A program made the translations under genes and the position numbers. A model generated the notes under the pieces. That model had not been told where the DNA came from and searched no databases. It was given only the letters and a program-made list of their open reading frames with translations. A stretch of DNA of 64,000 nt from Mobula hypostoma (taxonomy: Eukaryota). Location of the stretch: assembly GCF_963921235.1 (NCBI RefSeq), contig NC_086097.1, positions 211,298,001 through 211,362,000 on the forward strand, read 5' to 3'. Positions 26,913 through 37,773 of this stretch are shown here, one piece after another (positions within the stretch are counted from its first letter, which is position 1; each line of letters opens with the position of its first letter).

Positions 26913-27418
26913 CTGTCATTGCCAAAAGTAAAGGGGAAGAGTGACTTTGGTCAATTTTACACACATATTTATTTTAACTGTAATTGAACTTCTTAAGTTA
27001 TTTAGAATTATATGAGGTCTGGAAGTAAATGCTTCCTACTTTCCATATGGTATCCATATCTTTTTGCAGATTACATGCATCATGCTCTATTATATAACGC
27101 ATTGTAAAGTATTCAAATATTTACATATTGTTATATAATGGAAGCTATCAGCTGAATGCTTGACATGAATTTCTGAGCACTATCTTACATAACAAAACTT
27201 CACAGCCTCATTAGTACTGTGGGAACTTGATGAGGGTGGGGTGGGGAGCCGAGGAACAGAAATGTTCCACCGAAAGGCAACAGGAAGAAAGAGCTTTCCC
27301 CGCCAGTCTTTCTAATGGGATCAGAGGCTGAGTTAATGCAGTTTTGAATGATGTTCAGAATCTCACTAAGGACTCACTGAGAGTCTGATTCAAAAGATTA
27401 ATAAAACTAATGGAATAC

Positions 27419-27744
27419 ATTATCCTTCTGTTTTCCGCACAGACTTCCTTACAAATCAGTGTGTTTCACTTGAGACAAAAATGATTTCTTTCTTGGTAAT
27501 TTTTATCAGCAGCATCCTGAAGATATGAAGACTGTTAGCTGCATGTAAACACACAACGTCTCTTTCTTTTCTGATGATAGGCATTAACAGGTGCAATTCC
27601 ATCGGTACCTACTTCCCATCGGTATCTCATAATTATCCATGTGAGTTCCTGAGTAATGAGACTTTGAATCTGTTCAAGTTTTCAGTTTGACAGTTTTGCC
27701 ACAATGAAACACTGGGGTGTTTCCTACTTCATTTGCCTTTTAGC
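27419..27744 (-). pseudogene. Pseudo-exon of the RGS-like gene
   Basis: Acceptor ttctgattgcag; fragments SLWQN, QELTWIIMRY, EIIFVSSETH*FVRK. Confidence 0.4.
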
Positions 27745-28785
27745 CTGCAATCAGAATAGGAGGGGCATAAAATTGATTGAAACTTTCGCCCAAATTTTAA
27801 CTTCCTGAAATAGATGGCTTAACTAATGGTTACGGGTTACAACAGGGAAATTAAAATCTGGAACAGGAACTGAAAATACATTGAATCCGCCACTTCCAGT
27901 TCAATCAGAAATGGGCAGTTGACCAGTCAGCTTGTGGTGAATGAGTTAGTCTTTCAGCGAGACTGCTTGCCTTCAACTTCATAGATATTTTATTTTTACT
28001 TTTCCACTGAATTTCCTCAAACAGTGACCGACTTATGGTGAAAAAGGTTGAACTCAAAAGGTGCTATTTGTGGAATAAAAGATTTAGAACTGTTTTCTCC
28101 AGATCTACAAAACAACTATCTGCCCTGGGCATGTGCTTGCCTGCTCCAACCCCTGAAGGATTCCTTGACTGTTACTGGCCTTTCAATCTACCAGACCACC
28201 AACCTCTTACCCTCATCCAGCTTTGAATCATTTCTCCCCAAGTATCATGGGTTCCCTACTCACTCTGTTTGTCTCATTCCTCAATACGTCAATTCGCTTT
28301 TATCAGTCTTGCAGGTTTTCACACAAAAGACTAGCAAGTTAATCAGCAGACTGTCAGAAAATATCTTAAATGGCTCCTCCTAATTGACTTCTGTATGTGC
28401 AGGAAATCTGTTCTGGACTTTGTATCCTCACTTTTCAAATGCTATCCACCCAATCCTAAATTCAAGCCATCTAATTCTGTTGAATTATCTATGTGTGTGT
28501 TTGCATGTATGTGTTTATATATCTGTATATCTGTTGCCTGGGTTGTTAGAATTGCACAGAATTTTCTTAATAATTTTTATATTAAATGTTTTTGGTCCTC
28601 TATTTTCACAAAAGGGGAAATCATAAACAAGGGGAGATAATCCAAAATAAGGGACCAATCATCTTAAACTGAGGTGCATAAAAATATATTTTCTCAGAAG
28701 GCAGTAAATCTCTGGAATTCTCTGTCTGAGGGAGGTGAAGATTAGATCATTAAATATACTTAGGGTGGAAATAGATAAATAGATA

Positions 28786-29556
28786 AACGGGAAGAATATT
28801 ATTTAAATGGGGAAAGAATTCAAAGTTCTGAGATGCAACGGGACTTGGGAGTCCTCGTACAGGATACCCTTAAAGTTAACCTCCAGGTTGAGTCGGTGGT
28901 GAAGAAGGCGAATGCAATGTTGGCATTCATTACTAGAGTAGAGGAGCAGGGATGTGATGTTGAGGCTCTATAAGGCGCTGGTAAGACCTCACTTGGAGTA
29001 CTGTGAGCAGTTTTGGTCTCCTTATTTAAGAAAGGATGTGCTGACGTTGGAGAGGGTACAGAGAAGATTCACTAGAATCATTCCAGGAATGAGAGGGTTA
29101 ACATATGAGGAACGTTTGTCCGCTCTTGGACTGTATTCCTTGGAGTTTAGAAGAATGAGGGGAGACCTCACAGAAACATCTCGAATGTTGAAAGGCATGG
29201 ACAGAGTGGATGTGGCAAAGTTGTTTCCCATGGTGGGGGAGTCTAGTACGAGAGGGCATGACTTAAGGATTGAAGGGCGCCCATTCAGAACAGAAATGCG
29301 AAGAAATTTTTTTAGTCAGATGGTGGTGAATCTATGGAATTTGTTGCCATGGGCAGTAGTGGAGGCCAAGTTATTCGGTGTATTTAAGGCAGAGATTGAT
29401 AGGTATCTGAGTAGCCAGGGCATCAAAGGTTATGGTGAGAAGGCGGGGGAGTGGGACTAAATGGGAGAATGGATCAGCTCATGATAAAATGGTGGAGCAG
29501 ACTCGATGGGCCAAATGGCCGACTTCTGCTCCTTTGTCTTATGGTCTTATGGTCTT
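28786..29556 (+). mobile_element. 5'-truncated CR1 family A 3' end, nested in an older CR1 3' fragment
   Basis: Near-identical to about 6927-7700; ORF 28954-29460. Confidence 0.92.
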
Positions 29557-29840
29557 AAATATTTCAAAGCTCCAGGAATTGAAGGTTTCAGGGAACTGAC
29601 GCAGAAGGGACGTGAAGGCCAGCACTGAGCAGCCATGATCTTATTGAATGATGGCCTTTCTGAAGGAGACAGCTCCTGTTTTCTTGAATTCTGGTATTCT
29701 TGTGTCTGCAACACTTCTGTTTAAAGATTGTCAGAACTCTTTTTTTAAAGAACTATGAATCCAACGTACAATGATTCAACAAAATTATGATATATTTAAG
29801 TATGATAAGCAGATATTGTATGTCACGTGGACTCAATTAC

Positions 29841-30072
29841 TTCATTTTACAGATATGATGTAAACACTACTTCTATTCTCCCCCTGCAGCTAGCAGACCA
29901 AAATAAATAATATGCTCTCTCTTTGAAGCTTCCAGTATTCCACAGTTATTATTACTGTAATTAGAATTTAACAGCATTTCCAGACTTGTGCACAGCTGAT
30001 TCTCAAATTCATACATAACAATTCTCAAACCTTTTAAGACTGCCTACCTTCAATAAGATTCAGTAATTCTTC
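29841..30072 (-). pseudogene. Pseudo-exon of the RGS-like gene
   Basis: Acceptor atttttccag; EELLNLIE / VLKGLRIVMYEFENQLCTSLEMLL...KREHIIYFGLLA / VFTSYL*NE; donor gtaatt. Confidence 0.5.
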
Positions 30073-30530
30073 CTGGAAAAATATTAACATATTGCTATTA
30101 ACTCCATTTTTACAGAAAGTTCATGTGTAATACCAGAATATGAAAATCGGATAATTTCTTAAACAAGAGAAAATCTGCAGATGCTGGAAATCCAAGGAAC
30201 ACACACAAAATGCCGGAGGATCTCATCAGGCCAGGCAGCATCTATAGAAAAGAGTAAACAGTCAATGTTTCAGGCTAAGATCCTTCAGCACTTTGTGTGC
30301 ATTAATTCGTTTCGTATTCTGGACTTCCACATCAAATTGAGTGGACTGATTTATAAAGTCAATGTCTGACTTGGGATATAAATTGTGTAGGAAAGAATCT
30401 CCAATTCCAGATTTAACTCTGAGATTCAGATTTATTTACCACATGCTCATCTAAGCAGACAGTAAAATGCATTTTTCACATTAACTACAAGTATTTTAAA
30501 TTTATGTATTAAGTTGAGCATTTGTTTTAC

Positions 30531-30764
30531 TTTGGGATGAGAGTATTGAAATCAAGACACACAGTAATTGACCTGTAGTCATTTTGGAGCAAAGTAATAC
30601 CATCTTCTGCATTTACAGAATCTCCTATGTCAAGCATTATGTTGTTAAGAATGAAATTCTGGGATCTGGATCCAAAAATAATGAACAATGTTGATATATC
30701 TCCAAGTCTATTGTGCAAAACTTGCAGGGAAATTCATAATAGTCGATGTGTTTATACTGATCTC
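30531..30764 (-). pseudogene. Pseudo-exon of the RGS-like gene
   Basis: Acceptor atttatag, donor gtaaaa; phase 0 matches the preceding exon; EISINTSTIMNFPASFAQ, LEIYQH, FWIQIPEF fragments. Confidence 0.45.
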
Positions 30765-31219
30765 CTATAAATGTGTGGAATTATTAATATATTAATTCCC
30801 ACACATCATGTTTCATTAAAGATAATCACAGGAATAATCACAGTAATGTTCTATTGGTTTTGGGCACGTTGCTGGATCTAACACAAAGTGGAAATAATAT
30901 GCTCAGCTCTCAGCAAAAAATGTAATTCTATAACTCACTTTCTCAAGCAATTGTTTCCTGTATGATTAGAAACTGACATTGATAGTTAGTATAAAGGTGT
31001 CTAAAACTCTAACCTGCCTTTTCCCTCTCAGTGGGATACATGACATTCCCTGCCTTAAAATAACTAAATAGCAATGGTGGGAAAATAGATCCCTTCATTC
31101 AATAATATGAGGCAATGGAGATCTAACAAGACCAGATTACAATGAACTTTTAATAGATATGTTTTACTTTAATTCCTGGCGCTCATAACTTCGTAATACT
31201 ATGAGTATAATATTTAATA

Positions 31220-32090
31220 TGTGACAAGAATACACATAGATAAGATGTTAGCTGTCCTGTGTGATCAGCAGTTGGTCTGCCACCTGTCTTCAGGAGAGAG
31301 AGAGAGATAAGGAAGACAATGGAGCAGCATTTGGAGATGTGTAATGAAGGGACAGGAGAGAGAGCTGTCTAGAGCGGCTCCCCCTTTGAATCCTGAACTG
31401 TTTGAAGTGATGGACAAGCGATACCCCAGTAGGGGGATAAAAAGGGATAGGTTCGCTAAGGCAGGTCACACACGACACCCGAGGTAACGAGACCCTGGAA
31501 GCGGTGCGCCTCTCACAAGTCGGTGGGAAGCTTTGGACAGCTGATCGCAGGATCAAGCCATAAACGCACAGGGTGGAAAGGCACGATCGGCGGGAACCTG
31601 GTGTGTGTCCACCCTTGCCTGGGTGCCAGGTTCAGCACAGGGAAACGATCGTATCTGGAAACGGAGGGGTCACCGTCAGTGACCTCAGATGACATCACAA
31701 AGGACTCGCCCGACAGCTGACTGCGAAGGTCTGTGTGTGGAAGCTGTGTTGAATATTCATTCGTTTTGCTCTCTCTCCTTCCCCCCCCCCCCCCACAGTC
31801 CATCACCATGGCAATGATTACTGCGAACTGAACTAAATTGAACTGAACTTTGTGTCACTTTGAAACTGGTCATTTGCCCCTAGACAACGATAGAGCTTGA
31901 TTGATCCTGTTATCTTAATTCTGTGCACATGTGTGTTTATCATTGCTGAACTGTTGCATTTATTATCCTTTTGATTAGAGTACTGTGTTGCTTGTTTCTT
32001 TAATAAAACTTTCTTAGTTCTAGTAACCCAGACTTCAACTGAGTGATCCATTTCTGCTGGTTTGGCAACCCAGTTACGGGGTACGTAACA
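31220..32090 (+). mobile_element. Solo LTR (same family as 10744-11646)
   Basis: TGTGAC...GTAACA termini, TSD aata. Confidence 0.9.
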
Positions 32091-32299
32091 AATAACATAC
32101 CTGGAACTGTCATAAAGAGGTGAATTGTTTAAATTTAATTACATTAATTAAAACTCAAACATAAAAGAAGTCTTAGTTATAAATATCATTTGATTGTCAT
32201 TTGAACTTTAAATCTATTTTCTTTCATCCCACCATCCTCTAGCGGATGTATGCTAGCTTATGTGGTGACGCACCATAACTTGTATCTTGATAATTAAGA

Positions 32300-33660
32300 C
32301 AGGACATTCTGAAAGGGGAAGGTGAATGGTTAGTGCGTGTTGTACATGTCAAAAGGGATGAGGTCCTGCCACATGATCTTAGGAAGTTGGGGAGCAGATT
32401 AAAGAACAAGACCATTAAGATTGCCATCTTCCAGTACTTCACTCCACTGAATAGGAGAATAGGAGATGGGCCAGATGAATACACGACTAAAGGGATAGTG
32501 TGGAAGGGAGTGCTTTTGCTTTTGAGACCTTTGGGAATGATACTGGGCACCAAAACACACTAAACCTAGAATGGGTCCAATATCCCTGCTGTGAGTTTTG
32601 CTCATGCTATGAATCAAAGAATCATGGTTGAAAGAAGGTCAGAATTGGTTACTCCAAAATGCCAGGGTACAGAAGTTTCAGGCATGATAGGGAGAAGTGT
32701 AAAAGAGCAGGAGGCATTGCATTATTGATCAAGGAGATCTTCACTATATTGATGAGGAGGGATGTCCTAAAAAGAATTTCAGAAGTGGTTGTATGGCTAG
32801 AGGTTAGGAATAAAAAAGGGCCAGTCACGTCACTGGGAATAAAATTAAGGAAATTTCCAGTGCATTTTATAAGTTAATTAATATCAAGAAGGTAACCAAG
32901 AAAAGAGTAGGACCTTATAGGGAATAACATGGCATGCATGAGGAGCCTAGTGAAGCCTTTAACAAATACTTCTCTGTTATCACTACAAGAACTATGTTGT
33001 CATTAGAGAATTTGGGAATTAAGGGGAGGATGGTGAACTTCTAGAGCATGCTATTGTTAAAAACAGAGGAGATATTGGATGTGTTAAGCAAGTATAAAGG
33101 TGGGAGAATTCTCAAGTGTTGGATAAGATGTATCACAGGCCGCTATGGGAGGTGAGGAAGGAGATTAGGGAGCCCTAACATAAATTTTTAAATCTTTGTT
33201 ACTCAAAAGATAGAAAATGTGCTTCCTTTGCACAAGACAGCTAGGATAAGCTTGGTAATTAAATGTCCACAGATCTAGCATCAATAATGGGGAAGTTCTT
33301 GAAAACTATTCTGAGGAACACAAACAACCTACACTAAGAATGAATTAATTCAGAAGAAGATCCTACCTGACTAATTTCATTGATTTTTTTTCTAAGAGCC
33401 AACAAGACAAAAGCATATTTCATAGAGAAAGTGGTTGGAATCTAAAGGACACTGCCTAAGGGCAAAGCAGAGGCAGAGGCTCCAGAATATTGAAGAAGTA
33501 TAAGAAGTATCTGGATGTGTATGTGAATTGCCATTGCATAATAAACTATGGGCCAAGTACTGGTTAATGGAATCAGTCTAAATGGGATTAGAGACTTGAT
33601 GGCTGATAAGGATATGATGGGTTGAAGGACTTGATTCTGTTTTGTTCGACTCTATGACTT
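32300..33660 (+). mobile_element. Highly degraded, internally deleted CR1
   Basis: ORF1 (RKLGSRLKNKT), endonuclease (PGYRSFRHDR...GGIALL) and 3' UTR relics. Confidence 0.65.
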
Positions 33661-33805
33661 TATATGTTAAGCTGGTTTGGAAAGTGTCAAATTCCTTGAT
33701 TTTTTTCCCTTCTTCAGCCATTTAACTTTTCCACCAATCACCTCCCAGCATCGCACTTCATCCCCCCCCCACCGTTTCTCACTCCGCCCCCCCCCCGCCC
33801 ACTAC

Positions 33806-33904
33806 CTTCAATGCTTCATATATCTTGACAGCCTATTAATGGAAACACATAAATCCAAATGCCAATCCTTGCCAAAGAAGCTGGCATATATCTGACCCAT
33901 ATAT
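33806..33904 (-). pseudogene. Short pseudo-exon of the RGS-like gene
   Basis: Acceptor ctttctttcag, donor AAG|gtagt; joins the previous exon in phase 1 to give AEMA-DIWVRYMPASLARIG, ending KIYEALK after a frameshift. Confidence 0.55.
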
Positions 33905-34010
33905 CTGAAAGAAAGTAACCCAACCAGATGGAAGTTCTGCTGCTTTGCTGGCACTGTTATCAACCCTGTTACTAATCGGATACCAGACTGAAACATCTCC
34001 CCTCTCTTAC

Positions 34011-34450
34011 CTGCCATCTCAGCAATGATAAACAGGTCATGTTTTTCAGGGATGCCAATCTACATGTTACCAGTTGACTAGTGTACATTCTGGTCATTCA
34101 GAAAGGAAGAACTCTGTTGAAGATATATCATCATTCACTCTTGCTATTCTAATCCCAGTGAAGGAAAGAGGATCTTAACTATGTTAAAGGGCTTCCACTG
34201 GGTCAGTTGTCAGTGACTTCTGTAACATGTTGCAGAGAATGGAAGAATCCATTTTCAATTTGTTTGAAATTCTGACAACCTCAGTGAGATTCAGAGCATA
34301 TTAACTTTTAGTGAGCAGCAGGGACCTAGAGACTCTGCCACAAGTGGAGGGGCCCAAGAGGGGTGGACAAGCCTCGAGATCCTGAGGCCACACCCCAGCT
34401 CCTGCTGCTTTCCAAGACATTTAAAAGCAGATGAAGCAGTTTTATGTAAT
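34011..34450 (-). pseudogene. Pseudo-exon of the RGS-like gene
   Basis: FFHSLQHVTEVTDN*PSGSPL...NRVLPF*M (TGA possibly from TGG, giving FW) ... IPEKHDLFIIAEMA; strong donor CAG|gtaaga at 34010. 5' end approximate. Confidence 0.5.
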
Positions 34451-34740
34451 AAAATAATATCTTACATTAACTAAGTAACCTTAAATTAAACAAAATACAG
34501 CAAGGAGCTGTTAGCTAATAAAAACAGTTGGCACATTAAAAGGGGATTATTTTGTTATGCTGAAGATTTAATGAGAAGCTATTTCCTCTAGTTCAGGAAA
34601 TGTTTTATTTTTTACAGCTTAGCTGATGGTGAAAAATTCATTGGATAGTAGTTTCAACTCAGGTAAAGACAAAAAACTGATTATATACACTTCATGTACG
34701 CACCCATAAACATTCACTATTAAGCACATTAATTTTGTAC

Positions 34741-35172
34741 CATTCCTGATTTTCCATTCTGTTTAAGTCACCAGAAAGCACAGTCATTAAGAGCTGCCAA
34801 TCTGGTTTGATGGAATGTCCAAATAGTCTATCAGAGTGTTATTGTGATAAATTCCTTTCGTCTATCAGCTGCTACCATAGAGGAGTGATTTTAAACCTAT
34901 GAAATTACTAATGGCTTATGCCATGGATGTAAAATGTAAGCTTATTCTGCAACCAACCTCTTCCAATTGGGAGTAAGGTAGATAACTGTGACATCTCTGT
35001 GTAGATGTGCTCAATGGTGGATATTTTTCAAATATAAAATTCACTTCTGAATTTTTTAGCAATATAGAAACTAGGTCACAGAATGCTCTTTCACTTTTTG
35101 ACTGTAAAATATGCATTTAGAGGATATGATGTTAGTTACAGTAGGTTTCACTTCAAAACTGTATCTTCTTTC
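34741..35172 (-). pseudogene. Pseudo-exon of the RGS-like gene
   Basis: Acceptor ctgctccag (35173); fragments LVSILLKNSEVNFIFEKY, WLQNKLTFY, AISNFIGLK, TLIDYLDIPS across frameshifts; donor gtacaa. Confidence 0.5.
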
Positions 35173-35224
35173 CTGGAGCAGAGTATAATAATAGAAATAT
35201 AAATTATAACTTACCATTAGATAA

Positions 35225-36400
35225 TCGTTATAGAGTCATAGAAAAAAACAGCACAGAAACAAGCCCGTGGGCCCATCCAGTCTGTGTTGAACCATTTAAA
35301 CTGCCTACTCCCATTGACCTGCCACTGGACCATAACCGCAACCCCTCCCCCTCCCATAACCCTATAATCCATGTACCTATCCAAACTTCTATTAAACGTT
35401 GAAATTGAGTTTGCATGCACCACTTGCGCTGACAGCTTGTTCCATTCTCTCACAACTTTCGAATTGAAGAATCTTTCTCTCATGTTCCCCTTAAACTTCT
35501 CACATTTCACCATTAACCATGATCTCTAGTTGTAGTCGCACCCAACCTCACTGGTAAAAGCCACTTGAATTTAAATTATTCAAGCTTTCCATATACAGTA
35601 ACTTAGGTCCTCCAATCCCACCCAGCAACATCCTTGTAGGTTTTCTCTGTACTCTTTCAACCTTATTTATATCTTCCCTGTACTTAGATGACCTAAGCTA
35701 CACACAATACTCCAAATTAAGCCTCACTAATATCTTCTGCAACTTCAACATAACATACCACTTCCTGTACTCAATATTTTGATTTACAAAGGCCAATGGG
35801 CCAAAAGCTCTCTTTACAGCCCGACCTACCTGTGCCGACACTTTCAATGAATTATGGATCAGTATTCCTGGATCCCTCTGTTCTGCTGCACTCCTCAGTG
35901 CCCTACCATTCACTGTGTAAGACCTACCCTTCTTGGTCCTACTGAGGTGCAACATCTCACACTTTTCTGCATTAAGTTCCGTCTACTATTTTTCAGCCCA
36001 TTTCTCCAACTGGTCTAGATCCCACTGCAAACCATTATAGCCTTCCTTGCTGTCCACTACAGCCCCAGTCTTGGTGTCATCCTCAAATTTAATAATCCAG
36101 TTAGCCACATTATGATCCTAATCATTGATATAGATAACAAACAGCAATGGACCCAGCACTGATCCTACGGTACTCCACTAGTCACAGCCCTCCAGTCATC
36201 AAGCCAACTATCTACTACCACTTTGGCTGCTCCCACAAAGCCAATATTTGATCATGTTTACTACCGCATCTTGAATGCCAAGCAACTGAAACTTCTTGAC
36301 CAACTTCCCATTTGGGACCTTGACAAATACCTTGCTAAAGTAAATGTAGAACTTGTCTGGAATTTCCTGTGGATGCTATCACTTCTACCTGATTTAGTAA
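35225..36400 (-). mobile_element. Degraded CR1 3' half
   Basis: EQRDPGIL, LVRLNLEYCV, FFNSKVVREWN; (CTATGACT)n tail. Confidence 0.8.
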
Positions 36401-36499
36401 ACTGATTGCTTGTTTGACAAGTGAAATAATTTTGGATCACACTCATGATGGCTAGATAGAACGTCTTGGGGATTCAATGAAGTAGTTATGGGGATCGTA

Positions 36500-36655
36500 T
36501 GAATTACTTCTCTCACCCCACCTTCCTGTTCTGGCTTTTTCCCCCTTCTGTTCCAGTCCTGATGAGGGCTCTCAGCCTGATATGTCACCTGTTTATTCCT
36601 TACCAAAGACGCTGCCTAACCTGCTGAGTTCCTCCAGCATTTTGTGTGTGTTGCA
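36500..36655 (+). mobile_element. Penelope terminus with degenerate hammerhead core
   Basis: CTGATGA-GGGC-tctca-GCCT-GATA-tgtc at 36559-36586, then gctgcctaacctgctgagttcctccagcattttgtgtg. Confidence 0.55.
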
Positions 36656-36748
36656 GGGGAATTATCATTTACCTCTATGTTTCCAAATTTTTAAAGGTTA
36701 TTGTCAATCAGGAAAATTATTTGGTTTAATACTGCATTATTTAGTTAC

Positions 36749-37205
36749 AGTGTTCAACTGTTATCAGCTTTGCTCGTGGCAAGCCTTCAGTCTGGTTATA
36801 TCTATTTAATATAGAATAAGATTTTTTCTTCAAAAGCAATATGCCGCGCTACTGAATCAAAAGGCCTTCCATCGCTGTCCATGAATGGTTTGTCAGACAT
36901 TTTGAAATCCAGAATGAAAAATAGTTCTCGTTTGAGATTTATGTGTTTCATTAAACAAATCAATAATAACTGCAGAAGTGCAATGATAGAATAATTGTCA
37001 CAGATACATCCACAGTACATCACAAGAAATAAAAAATTCAGCTATGTTCCTCCCAAGTAAATAAATGTTTTGTAACCTGGAGCTACCTTTGATTTATGAA
37101 GAAGAACCTGCTTGAAAGATCCTGAAACTTGTTGGAACAATAATGGCTCAGCATGGTTTATTTCTGAAGACATTAGAAAATAATTGATTTACAGTGCTTT
37201 TTTTT
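36749..37205 (-). pseudogene. Pseudo-exon with a canonical-looking RGS motif
   Basis: Acceptor tatttcag (37206), donor gtaact (36748); 36906-36932 encodes NENYFSFWI (compare RGS consensus EENxxFW), followed by WTAMEGLLIQ*RGILLLKKKSYSILNRY. Confidence 0.6.
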
Positions 37206-37773
37206 CTGAAATATTACAGCATGCATATTTCCTTCATTTTTGTGTATGGTGTTCCTAAGGTACCTTTGTCTAAAACCTCTCAGTTCCTCATAGAGTCATT
37301 AAGTCATAAAGAAGTACAGCACAGAAACAGGTCCTTTGGCCTATCTAGTCCATGCCAACCCATTTAAACTGCCTACTCCCATCGATGGGCACTGGGAGCC
37401 ATAGCACTTCACTCCACATCTTTGTGCTTATTCAAATTTCTCTCAAATGTTGAAATCAAGCTCACACTCACCAGTTATGCTGGCAGCTTGTTCCACACTC
37501 TCACAACACTCAGAGTGAAGAAGTTTTCCCTCATGTTCTCCTTAATCTTTTCACCTTTCACCCTTAACCCATGACCTCTAGTCATTTTATGACAAAAGTA
37601 AATCAAAATAAATATGATATAAAATGACCAAAGAACAAGCACATTTTCCTACAATCAAATTAAATACTCTAAACGAAAAAGTCAAGTTGCTTTCCACATA
37701 AAAAATCCTCTTTAATTTCATCAGTACTTGGAGGGAACATAAGATACACAATTCCAAAATATAATTGTATAAG

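Noticed and set aside
24423..30764. PKHD1/PKD1-like assignment of the pseudo-exons (KRKRRC, LDIGDS, SSLCLYF)
   Set aside because: Short matches in the wrong order or in overlapping frames.
34330..34420. LLGPSTCGR as a dynein/AAA P-loop
   Set aside because: No GKT/S and no other AAA motifs; neighbouring frames fit RGS-type motifs better.
34741..34800. CAFW*LKQNGNQEW as an adhesion-GPCR GPS motif
   Set aside because: No following C.C.H motif or transmembrane exons; likely an off-frame coincidence.
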